Positions 19,533 through 28,296 of a DNA stretch of 32,000 nt are shown here, one piece after another. The number at the start of each line of letters is the position of its first letter. The stretch's first letter is position 1. The notes below the pieces were generated by a model that was not told the origin of the DNA, made no database searches, and was given only the letters and a program-made list of their open reading frames with translations. Source of the stretch: Bacillus subtilis subsp. subtilis str. 168 (GTDB taxonomy: Bacteria; Bacillota; Bacilli; Bacillales; Bacillaceae). The DNA is taken from the NCBI RefSeq assembly GCF_000009045.1, contig NC_000964.3, positions 3,000,001 to 3,032,000 on the forward strand, read 5' to 3'. The translations under genes were made by a program, and so were the position numbers.

Positions 19533-20027
19533 TTATTTGCGGTATAATTTTTCATGCACCACGGTGGTATCCGCGATGTAATCATGAATCCCTTGTTTTG
19601 TAGGTGAAAAGGCAACAACGATATATAAAATCCAAATCTTATCAATATACCGTCCAACCACTTCACGAAAAATCACTGTACTCCATGTCAGCTTGCTATC
19701 TTGCTTCACAGAAACCACTTTGAGGCCGAACACCATTTTACCAAGCGTCTGCCTGAAGTATTTTGTCATGAGTGCGAAATAGGCAAGATACACAATAAGC
19801 GTTGTCACACTGTAGGCCGAGAAGGTAAACATGCCGGATGTTTTCGGCAGATCCAATACGGTAAAGAGGGGAGAAACGAGCAAATGGTTTAATCCCCATA
19901 TCACGAGCCAATCAAGCAGGAAAGCCCAGAAACGAACCCAAAAGCCAGCATAGGCATGTGTCAGCAGCTCCGCTTCTTGCGGGCCTTTGATGTCATTGCG
20001 CTCTAACTCTTCATATGTCGCGTCCAT
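19533..20027 (-). CDS. yteJ: RDD-family membrane protein, regulator/inhibitor partner of SppA
   Basis: 164 aa; AGFWVRFWAFLLDWLVIWG and LGKMVFGLKVV RDD features; directly downstream of sppA. Confidence 0.92.
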   Translation of the reverse strand: MDATYEELERNDIKGPQEAELLTHAYAGFWVRFWAFLLDWLVIWGLNHLLVSPLFTVLDLPKTSGMFTFSAYSVTTLIVYLAYFALMTKYFRQTLGKMVFGLKVVSVKQDSKLTWSTVIFREVVGRYIDKIWILYIVVAFSPTKQGIHDYIADTTVVHEKLYRK

Positions 20028-20039
20028 TATTGTTCCCTC

Positions 20040-21047
20040 CTACTTCGCATAGAGATACATCATTCTCGGCGAACCGGATTGCGATAGAATTTCTCTCATA
20101 TTCAAAAAATCAATTTCACTTTTAAACATTTTGTTCGCGCCCATGGAAAACAGTGAGCCTAATCCGAAGCTTTCCTCATAAGAAATGACAGAGGCGTTTT
20201 TCAAATCCTTGTGATCCTTTTTCATGGCCGTAATGGTATCGTCATAAAAACCAAGCTCATCAACGAGGTTCAGTTTTTTCGCCTGCCGTCCGTCATACAC
20301 GCGGCCGTCCGCAATTTTCTTTACCTCTGCTTTCGGCATGCCGCGCCCTTTTGAAATGACATCAACAAAGCCTTCATACGAATTATCAACCATCGATTGC
20401 ATGATGTTTTTTTCTTCTTTCGTCATCTCACGGGAAGGAGACATAATGTCCTTATGGGCCCCGCTCTTAATCGTTTCAAAAGAAATGCCAAGCTTGTCGG
20501 CAAGCTTTGAATAATTGACGCTTTCCATAATGACGCCGAGTGACCCGGTCAGGGTTTCCGGTGTCGCAAAAATCTTATCAGCCGCTGTTGAGATGTAATA
20601 GCCTCCTGATGCTGCCATCGAACCCATTGACACGTAAATCGGTTTTTTCGTTTCTTTCTTGATTTCTTCCAGTTTCTTATGTATTTCAGCACTTTCATAC
20701 ACTCCGCCACCCGGAGAATTCACCTTCAGAACGATACCTTTGACCGTCTTGTCATCTTTTGCGCGCTCAAGGTTTTTTAAGAACGTTCTGTGGTTATATC
20801 CGTCTGCACCAAGCAGACTGCTTGAGTCCCCATTATCCTGAATGGTGCCGCTGACCTCTAATACGGCAATTTTACTTGAGGGACTGCCGTTTTCCAGCGT
20901 CTTCTCCTGCGATTCATCCGTCAGTGATGTGAGATCCGTTTGAGCGCCTTTGACGCTTTCAAAGAAACTCATAGAGATGCTGACGATAATAGACACGCCG
21001 AAAATCCCCAGAGCAATCACTAATGCAATCCATCTTTTTGCATTCAT
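20040..21047 (-). CDS. sppA: Signal peptide peptidase SppA, S49 family
   Basis: 335 aa; [35 protein letters not shown]-terminal TM. Confidence 0.96.
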
Positions 21048-21081
21048 TTTTTCTCCTCCTTTTTCCTAAACTCTCTCATTA

Positions 21082-21107
21082 TACGATTCAATATGAAAAA
21101 TGTTTCA
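21082..21107 (-). promoter_or_regulatory. SigW-type promoter for sppA-yteJ
   Basis: Minus strand TGAAAC-N16-CGTA (tgaaacatttttcatattgaatCGTAtaatg). Confidence 0.85.
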
Positions 21108-21232
21108 CTTCATGAGAAAGCTCCGGCTTAACGGGCTGCCGGCAAACGTGGTACACTTATGGCCAAAGGTATTTTATCACAAATACTGGATGGCAGAAAA
21201 ACTTAAATATGACAGCAAAGGGGAAATGGGAT

Positions 21233-22036
21233 ATGACCGATCAACGCCGTAATGTTTATTTTTTTCACAAACAGGATCAGGAAACGAACGAACAAGCCCG
21301 CTCGTTAACACAATTAGCGGAAGAGCATGGATTTACCGTTGTGAACCAGCACTCAGACGCCAATATTATCGCTAGCATTGGCGGGGACGGCACATTTTTG
21401 CAGGCAGTCAGAAAGACGAATTTTCGTGACGACTGCTTGTACGTCGGCATTACCAAAAAGGGGAAAGCTCATTTATATTGCGACTTTCATAGTGATGAGC
21501 GAGAAAAAATGGTCGATGCAATGACGTTTGAACAAATTGAAGTGAGAAAATACCCGCTGATTGAAGTGACAGTGGATCAAGCCAGTCCTTTTCACTGCTT
21601 AAACGAGGTATCCATCCGCTCAAGCATCATCAAAACCTTTGTGATGGACGTGCTGATTGACGATCTGCACTTTGAAACGTTTAGAGGTGACGGAATGATT
21701 ATCTCAACGCCTACAGGGAGCACCGCCTATAACAAGTCTGTTGCAGGAGCTGTTGTTGATCCATTGCTTCCATGCATGCAGGTATCAGAGCTTGCATCCC
21801 TTAACAATAATACCTACCGGACACTCGGCTCGCCATTTGTCCTCAGCTCTGACCGAAAGCTGACCCTTCGTGTGGTGCAGGACGGCAACGAACACCCAAT
21901 CATCGGCTTGGACAATGAAGCACTCAGCACGAGAAATGTGAAAACGATCGAAATCAAACTGTCTAATAAGAAAATCAAAACAGTCAAACTAAAGGACAAT
22001 TCATTTTGGGAAAAAGTGAAGCGTACTTTTTTATAG
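21233..22036 (+). CDS. ppnKB (nadF2, ytdI): NAD kinase (second paralogue type)
   Basis: 267 aa from MTDQRRNVYFFHKQ; IIASIGGDGTFLQAVR motif, CLNEVSI motif, TPTGSTAYNKSVAG. Confidence 0.94.
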   Translation: MTDQRRNVYFFHKQDQETNEQARSLTQLAEEHGFTVVNQHSDANIIASIGGDGTFLQAVRKTNFRDDCLYVGITKKGKAHLYCDFHSDEREKMVDAMTFEQIEVRKYPLIEVTVDQASPFHCLNEVSIRSSIIKTFVMDVLIDDLHFETFRGDGMIISTPTGSTAYNKSVAGAVVDPLLPCMQVSELASLNNNTYRTLGSPFVLSSDRKLTLRVVQDGNEHPIIGLDNEALSTRNVKTIEIKLSNKKIKTVKLKDNSFWEKVKRTFL

Positions 22037-22040
22037 AAAA

Positions 22041-22070
22041 TAAAAGGACAGGCTGCTGCCTGTCCTTTTA
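22041..22070. terminator. Bidirectional intrinsic terminator between convergent NAD kinase gene and ytcJ
   Basis: 12-bp perfect arms AAAAGGACAGGC (22042-22053) / GCCTGTCCTTTT (22058-22069), 4-nt loop; overlaps ytcJ stop codon (22068-22070). Confidence 0.93.
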
Positions 22071-23657
22071 TGATTTCTCATATACAATCTGGCCGTTAAT
22101 CACGGTTTTTTTAATCTCTAAAAGATGAAGCTGTGCGGGGTCAATGGCAAACGGATCACCACTGAGAACTGTAAAATCCGCGTCATAGCCTTCCGCAATT
22201 TTTCCGCGTGACTTCTCTTTATAAATGATACCGGCGCTACCTTCTGTATAAAGCTTTATCGCTTCATATACAGGTAAACATTCACTTTCATTATAGCTTG
22301 GCCCGTTTTGCTCATGACTGCTTTTCCGGAGGACCGCGGACTGGATCCCTAGAAGCGGGTCAACAGGCTCAATCGGGGCGTCTGAACCGCCCGCGCATAA
22401 AATGCCTTTAGATATGAGGGTTTTCCAGGCAAATGCAGTCTTCATCCGGTCTTTTCCGAGACGGTCAATGACCCACGGAAAGTCGCTTGCAACGAAGTGC
22501 GGCTGAAGGTCAAGTGCGATCGGCATGCGTGCTGCTCTCTCGATTAATTCGTTATCAAGCACTTGAGCATGAATAAGCCGATCATGCCGGCCGTTTTTGG
22601 GCGGATGCTTTTCTATTGCGTTCAGCACTTTTTCAAAAGCAAGATCGCCGATTGCATGAACAGCAACCTCCATCCCTTTTTCTCTCGCTTTGCGAATGAG
22701 CCGGCCAAGGGTTTCGTCATCGTGAACCTGAACACCATTTGTTGATGGATCATCCTGATATGGTTCTTTCAATAAAGCCGTTCTCCCGCCAAGCGCCCCG
22801 TCCGCAAAGATTTTCATAGCACCGAACTCCACATACGGGCCGGACAGCTTCTCCAGCTGCTCCCATCGATCGACAGCTTCATGATGAACGAGCAAATGGC
22901 AGCGAAACGGATACTTTCCGCCAGCGGCAGCTTTCTCATAAGCTTTCATCGGCACCGAAACATCACCATAATAGGACAAGTCTTCCGAATGACCGCCCGT
23001 CAGGCCTTTTGTCCAGCAATCCTTTATTGCAGCCGTTAATGCCTCATCAACATAGTGCTGGGAGACTGGCGGGACAGCCTTCAGAATCAAATCCTGCGCC
23101 TTATCAAACAGGAGTCCGGTCGGCTCGCCATTTGCATCTTTTACGATGACTCCGCCGTCAGGATCAGGAGTATTTCTTGAAATTCCCGCTGCTTGAAGAG
23201 CCGCAGAATTGACAGCTATTGCATGCCGGCATATACGCTTGAGCAAGACGGGCCTGTCAGGAAACAGGCGATCAAGATCATGCTTAGTCAAGTAGTCAGG
23301 TGTCTCAAACTGATTTTCATTCCAGCCTTCTCCAATGAGCCAATCGTTTTTAGGAAGCTGCCGCTCTCTTTCCTTCGCAGCCTGTAAAATTGAATCTTTC
23401 GACGTCAGTGCGGACAGATCGAGCTGAAGCTGTTTCTCACCGTGGCCGATCAAATGTAGATGGCTGTCAACAAAACCGGGGAACATCACTGCTCCGTTCA
23501 GGCTGATTTCTTCTGTTTCCGGCGACCCGTACTTTTCCTTCAAACGTTCATAGCTGCCGGTGCCTTTTATAACACCATCCTCAACATAAACTGCCTCAGT
23601 CCGATCGCCTTCTTCGAGCATCGTATAAATGAAACCGCCGTGCCATATCGCCTTCAT
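22068..23657 (-). CDS. ytcJ: Amidohydrolase family 3 protein
   Basis: 529 aa; VMFPGFVDSHLHLIGHG, VAVHAIGDLAFE, YDADFTVLSGDPF. Confidence 0.92.
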   Translation of the reverse strand: MKAIWHGGFIYTMLEEGDRTEAVYVEDGVIKGTGSYERLKEKYGSPETEEISLNGAVMFPGFVDSHLHLIGHGEKQLQLDLSALTSKDSILQAAKERERQLPKNDWLIGEGWNENQFETPDYLTKHDLDRLFPDRPVLLKRICRHAIAVNSAALQAAGISRNTPDPDGGVIVKDANGEPTGLLFDKAQDLILKAVPPVSQHYVDEALTAAIKDCWTKGLTGGHSEDLSYYGDVSVPMKAYEKAAAGGKYPFRCHLLVHHEAVDRWEQLEKLSGPYVEFGAMKIFADGALGGRTALLKEPYQDDPSTNGVQVHDDETLGRLIRKAREKGMEVAVHAIGDLAFEKVLNAIEKHPPKNGRHDRLIHAQVLDNELIERAARMPIALDLQPHFVASDFPWVIDRLGKDRMKTAFAWKTLISKGILCAGGSDAPIEPVDPLLGIQSAVLRKSSHEQNGPSYNESECLPVYEAIKLYTEGSAGIIYKEKSRGKIAEGYDADFTVLSGDPFAIDPAQLHLLEIKKTVINGQIVYEKS

Positions 23658-23676
23658 TCACGTTCACTCTCTTTCT

Positions 23677-25266
23677 TTACGCCTTTTTATTGGCTTTGAG
23701 CTGTTCTTCACGTTTTCTTAATTCCACTCGTCTGATTTTTGCAGAAGCCGTTTTCGGCAGGCTTTCCACAAATTCAATTTCTCTAGGATATTTGTATGGA
23801 GCGGTAATCGTCTTCACATGGTTTTGCAGCATTTTGACAAGCTCATCACTGCGTTTTTCATGATTTTGCAGGACAACATATGCCTTTACGATGGAGCCTC
23901 TGATTTCATCAGGGCTTGCGACAACAGCACATTCTTTTACTTCTGGGTGCTTAACAAGCGCGTCTTCCACCTCGAAAGGCCCGATCGTATAGCCGGAGCT
24001 GATAATAATATCGTCATTTCGGCTTTCAAACCAGAAGTAACCTTCCTCATCTTTTCTTGCTCTGTCTCCCGTTAGGAAATAATCGCCGCGAATTTGTGTT
24101 TTCATTCTTTCCGGATCTTTAAAATACTCTTTAAAGAGCGCAGGCGTACTGAGGTGAACAGCGATATCGCCAACCTCACCAGGTTTGCAGATTTCACCGT
24201 CTTCATTTATGATCTCCACCTGATTTCCCGGTGTCGGTTTTCCCATGCTTCCCGGTTTAATAGGCGTATCTTTCAAAACACCAACCAAAAGCGTGCTTTC
24301 TGTTTGGCCATATCCGTCCCGTACCTTAATGCCAAAGTGCTTTTGGAAAACATCAATGACTTCACGGTTGAGCGGCTCACCTGCGGAAACAGCGCTGTGC
24401 AGGGCAGAAAGATCAAAGCGTTTCAAGCCTTCAACCTTCGCCATTAAGCGGTATTCTGTCGGAGTGCAGCAGAAAACATTGATTTTGTAGCGATTTAAAA
24501 GCTCTAGATATTTTTCTGCTTTGAATCTGCCGTGGTACACAAAACCGGTTGCTCCGCTGCCAAGCACCGCTAAAAACGGACTCCATACCCACTTTTGCCA
24601 GCCAGGGGCAGCAGTTGCCCAGACGATATCCTTTTCAGAAATGTCAAGCCAAGCGCCGGCAGAAGTTTTTAAATGAGCAAATGCCCATCCATGTGTATGT
24701 ACAACACCTTTCGGCTGACCTGTTGTCCCGGATGTATAAGATAAGAAAGCCATATCATCTCTTGTTGTGTCAGCTGTTTTAAATTGGCTTCCGTCCGCTT
24801 CAATTGATAAGAGGTTTTTCCAGCCGGCATCATTTTCACCAATAGACAGTGTAATCAGTTTGTCAGCCGTACTGACATCCCGGAAAGCGCCAATAAATTC
24901 GGAGTAGACGATAGCGCCTTTTACCTCTGCATGTTCAATCCGGTATTCAAGATCTTTCGCGCGAAGCATTTCGGAGCACGGAATGACAACCATTCCTGAT
25001 TTCAGGATAGCCAAATAAACAGCATAGGCTTCAAGCACCCGCGGAACCATTACAATCAGCTTGTCTCCCTTTTTAAATCCAAGATCAGCTAAGGCCGCTC
25101 CGATTTTATTTGTTTCTTCCATCAGCTTTTCATACGACCAAGATTCTTGCTTGCCCGACTCGTCCTCCCAAAGAAGAGCGGTTTTTTGTCCAGCAGCACT
25201 GAACTTTTCCATTTCATTCACTAAATTATATTGCACAGGGGCAATTAAATCTTCACGTTTTAACAC
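23677..25266 (-). CDS. ytcI: Acyl-CoA synthetase (AMP-forming), probable GTG start
   Basis: LSYTSGTTGQPKGVVHTH (A3 motif), GDRARKDEEGYFWFESRNDD; start codon uncertain; GTG at 25266 follows ggagaaagtgaggagttgttc. Confidence 0.9.
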   Translation of the reverse strand: MLKREDLIAPVQYNLVNEMEKFSAAGQKTALLWEDESGKQESWSYEKLMEETNKIGAALADLGFKKGDKLIVMVPRVLEAYAVYLAILKSGMVVIPCSEMLRAKDLEYRIEHAEVKGAIVYSEFIGAFRDVSTADKLITLSIGENDAGWKNLLSIEADGSQFKTADTTRDDMAFLSYTSGTTGQPKGVVHTHGWAFAHLKTSAGAWLDISEKDIVWATAAPGWQKWVWSPFLAVLGSGATGFVYHGRFKAEKYLELLNRYKINVFCCTPTEYRLMAKVEGLKRFDLSALHSAVSAGEPLNREVIDVFQKHFGIKVRDGYGQTESTLLVGVLKDTPIKPGSMGKPTPGNQVEIINEDGEICKPGEVGDIAVHLSTPALFKEYFKDPERMKTQIRGDYFLTGDRARKDEEGYFWFESRNDDIIISSGYTIGPFEVEDALVKHPEVKECAVVASPDEIRGSIVKAYVVLQNHEKRSDELVKMLQNHVKTITAPYKYPREIEFVESLPKTASAKIRRVELRKREEQLKANKKA

Positions 25267-25384
25267 GAACAACTCCTCACTTTCTCCACCCATTATACAT
25301 AAATACAGGCTCTTTCCGTAAGGATATGCCTAAAAGCAACCTCTGTAAACATAGATTTTATAGGCCGCTGGTCCTTTTTTATAT

Positions 25385-25419
25385 GTAAAAAATGAAAAAG
25401 AGTGGGGATACCCCCACTC
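25385..25419 (-). terminator. Intrinsic terminator downstream of sspA
   Basis: 8-bp GC-rich arms GAGTGGGG (25400-25407) / CCCCACTC (25412-25419); minus-strand CTTTTTCATTTTTT. Confidence 0.9.
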
Positions 25420-25444
25420 CTAAGCCATTATGTGAAATTGTAAA

Positions 25445-25654
25445 TTAGAATTGTCCTCCGCCCATGTTTTGTTGAGCAAAAGATACAAGACGTTTTGTGA
25501 TCTCTCCTCCAACAGAACCGTTAGCGCGAGAAGTTGTGTCTGCTCCAAGGTTTACACCGAATTCAGAAGCGATTTCTAATTTCATTTGGTCGATCGCTTG
25601 AGCAGCTCCTGGTACTAAAAGGTTGTTGCTGTTACCTGAGTTATTGTTAGCCAT
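25445..25654 (-). CDS. sspA: Small acid-soluble spore protein, alpha/beta type
   Basis: 69 aa [57 protein letters not shown]; canonical SASP with GPR-cleavage-type EIASEF; strong RBS aaggaggtg. Confidence 0.98.
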   Translation of the reverse strand: MANNNSGNSNNLLVPGAAQAIDQMKLEIASEFGVNLGADTTSRANGSVGGEITKRLVSFAQQNMGGGQF

Positions 25655-25674
25655 GTGTCTCACCTCCTTGTGAG

Positions 25675-25707
25675 TATAGAATGTGTCAAAACACATGGCT
25701 TCATTCA
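25675..25707 (-). promoter_or_regulatory. SigG-type promoter for sspA
   Basis: Minus strand TGAATGA...17 bp...CATTCTATA; -35-like at 25701-25707, -10-like at 25675-25683. Confidence 0.75.
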
Positions 25708-25747
25708 GAAAAACTTTGGTAATTGTATACAGGAGCTGAAAATTGAT

Positions 25748-26953
25748 TTAAAAGAGTTCAGCGAATTTATCGTTAGCTTCTTGTTCGCTATAAAGGGTCA
25801 TTGTCTCAATGTTATCTACCGCTTCTTGAATATACGGCTCGAAATCAACAAAGCTTTCAAAGTGTTCAATTTTCTCTTTTTTAGGGCGTGTTTTCGGGCT
25901 TGGCGGTGTAAAGATCGTGCAGCAGTCTTCAAACGGCTGAATACTTGTCTCATATGTGCCAATTTCCCGTGATTTTTCGATGATTTCTGTTTTGTCCATG
26001 GCGATTAGCGGACGCAAAATCGGTGTTGACGTCACCGCATTAATTGCATACATGCTTTCAAGCGTTTGGCTCGCTACCTGACCGAGGCTTTCTCCCGTAA
26101 TAATGGCAAGCCCGTTTCTCTTTTCTCTGATTCTGTCGGCTATCTGAAGCATGAGGCGGCGGGTTGCCGTCATTGTGTAATTTTCAGGAATTTGTTTTTG
26201 GATGAGCTCTTGCGTTTTTGTAAATGGAACAATATGAAGTGTCATGCTTCCCCCAAAACGGGACAGACATTTCGCCAGATCCATTACCTTTTGCTTTGCG
26301 CGCTCGCTTGTGTATGGCGGGCTGAAGAAATGAACAGCTTCTACCGACAATCCCCGTTTCATCGCATAAAAACCGGCCACAGGGCTGTCAAAACCGCCAG
26401 AAAGCATCAGCATCGCTTTTCCTGCTGAACCAACTGGCAGCCCGCCTGCACCTTTTTCATCACGAATTGTCAAAAATGTTGCTTCTTCCCTGATTTCGAT
26501 TCTGAGCGGGATGTCTGGGTTGCGAACATCGACCGTCAATCCTTCTGTATTTCGCAAAATATGGCCGCCGATTTCAGCGTTCATCTGGTTTGTATCTAAT
26601 TCAAATTGCTTATACGCTCTCTTTGTCGCGACTTTAAACGTATCACCTGGTTTATACTGATCTTTGATAGCCTTTAGTGCGGTTGCCTTAATATCATCAA
26701 GGCGGCTGTCACACTTAATTGCCAGGCTGAAGCTTTGAATCCCAAACACTTGCTTTAAATGAGGAAAAAGAGCCTCAGGATCCTCTCCATTTAATGTAAT
26801 CGTCATACGATCCCTGTTGGAAAAGTATTTTAAATTCGGATAGTCTTTCAAAACGAGTCTGATGTTTTGTTTTAAGCGCTCAATAAAGCTTTTTCTGTTT
26901 TTGCCTTTGGTCGAAATTTCCCCAAAACGAATTAATATATGATCGTAATTCAT
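25748..26953 (-). CDS. thiI (ytbJ): tRNA 4-thiouridine / thiamin biosynthesis sulfurtransferase ThiI (short form lacking rhodanese domain)
   Basis: 401 aa; THUMP region plus LMLSGGFDSPVAGF PP-loop. Confidence 0.96.
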   Translation of the reverse strand: MNYDHILIRFGEISTKGKNRKSFIERLKQNIRLVLKDYPNLKYFSNRDRMTITLNGEDPEALFPHLKQVFGIQSFSLAIKCDSRLDDIKATALKAIKDQYKPGDTFKVATKRAYKQFELDTNQMNAEIGGHILRNTEGLTVDVRNPDIPLRIEIREEATFLTIRDEKGAGGLPVGSAGKAMLMLSGGFDSPVAGFYAMKRGLSVEAVHFFSPPYTSERAKQKVMDLAKCLSRFGGSMTLHIVPFTKTQELIQKQIPENYTMTATRRLMLQIADRIREKRNGLAIITGESLGQVASQTLESMYAINAVTSTPILRPLIAMDKTEIIEKSREIGTYETSIQPFEDCCTIFTPPSPKTRPKKEKIEHFESFVDFEPYIQEAVDNIETMTLYSEQEANDKFAELF

Positions 26954-26956
26954 GTT

Positions 26957-28102
26957 CTACCTCATCATTTCCCTTAATTTTTTGATGCCAGGACGAAGCG
27001 CGTTCATAAACGGTTCTGCCACATCGCTTGTCTGGCTGTAATTTAAACTGATTCTGATGCTGCTTCCGGCAATCTGCTCTCCTTTGCCCATCTCTAAGAG
27101 AACCTTGCTGGGCTTATGTTCTTTTGCCGAGCAAGCCGATGTTGTGGAGACGAATATATCCTGTTCCTCAAGCATGTGTAAAAGCACTTCCGCTTTAATC
27201 CCCGGTACAGAGAAATTAATAATGTGCGGCGCGCTATTCATTTGAGGCGTGTTGATAACGACGCCCTCAATTTCACTCAGCCTATTCATAAACAATTCCT
27301 TTACGGCAGTCATCGTGTCAAGCCGTGTGTCAAAATCAGCAGAGGCCAGATTAATGGCCTTGGCAAGCGAAACCGCACCAGCAGTATGTTCTGTTCCGGC
27401 CCGTATGCCTTTTTGCTGAGAGCCTCCCGTTATGAGCGGAATAAGGCGTGTTCCTTCTTTTACAATAAGTGCGCCTGTCCCCTTTAGGCCGTGAAATTTA
27501 TGCCCCGAAATTGAACATAGATCAATGCCGGCCTTTTCAATTGCCAAGGGCACTTTATAGATGCCCTGCACATAATCGACGTGAAACAAAATGTTCGAAT
27601 GCTCTTTCAGCACTTCTCCTGCCGCTTCAATCGGCTGCACGGAACCGACTTCATTGTTCACATGCATCATGCTGACAAGCACGGTATCGGGACGGATGGC
27701 TGCTTTTAGATCTTCAATAGAAACAAATCCGTCTTCATTCACAGAAAGATAAGTGATATCAAACCCGAACAACTCTTTCAGCTGTTCTAACGATTCCGTA
27801 ACGGATGGATGTTCAATAGAAGTGGCAATGATATGTTTGCCTGTTTTTATCTTTGACAAAGCCGCTCCTTTTAAAGCCGCATTATTGGCTTCTGTGGCGC
27901 CTGACGTAAATACAATATCATATTTTTTTAGGCCTAAGGACCTTTTGATTTGATTTTTGGCTGCTTGAAGCAGCTGTTCCGTTTCGGCTCCATATCGGTG
28001 CAAAGATGAAGGATTGCCAAAGTATCGGCTGCTCGTCTGTTCATATACGTTCAAGACTTCATCGTAAGGCTTCGTCGTTGAACTATTATCTAAATATATC
28101 AT
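26957..28102 (-). CDS. nifZ (iscS-like): Cysteine desulfurase (NifS/IscS type) partner of ThiI
   Basis: 381 aa from [12 protein letters not shown]; [29 protein letters not shown]-lysine region; 3 bp upstream of thiI. Confidence 0.96.
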
Positions 28103-28189
28103 CTTTTTTACTCCTTTATGAAAGCGGTACAAGGTATGATATTTATGTTACCATAACAAAATTTAATAGAAAATTACGAAAAACTAGTA

Positions 28190-28217
28190 TTGACTTCTAA
28201 TTTTTTTACCATATAAT
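28190..28217 (+). promoter_or_regulatory. Candidate SigA promoter of braB
   Basis: TTGACT (28190-28195), 16-bp spacer, TATAAT (28212-28217). Confidence 0.75.
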
Positions 28218-28237
28218 AAGATTTGTTCGTTTCGTCA

Positions 28238-28267
28238 TATTATCTGACAATTAATTGACAGAATATT
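28238..28267. promoter_or_regulatory. Two abutting CodY-box-like motifs between braB promoter and RBS
   Basis: TATTATCTGACAATT (28238-28252) and AATTGACAGAATATT (28253-28267), each 12/15 to AATTTTCWGAAAATT by hand. Confidence 0.6.
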
Positions 28268-28296
28268 TTAACATAATTATTAGGAGGATTTTTTTC

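Noticed and set aside
28103-28296. Possible T-box or other leader riboswitch upstream of braB
   Set aside because: Leader from the predicted promoter to ATG is under 80 nt, without a T-box AGGGTGG motif or antiterminator hairpin.
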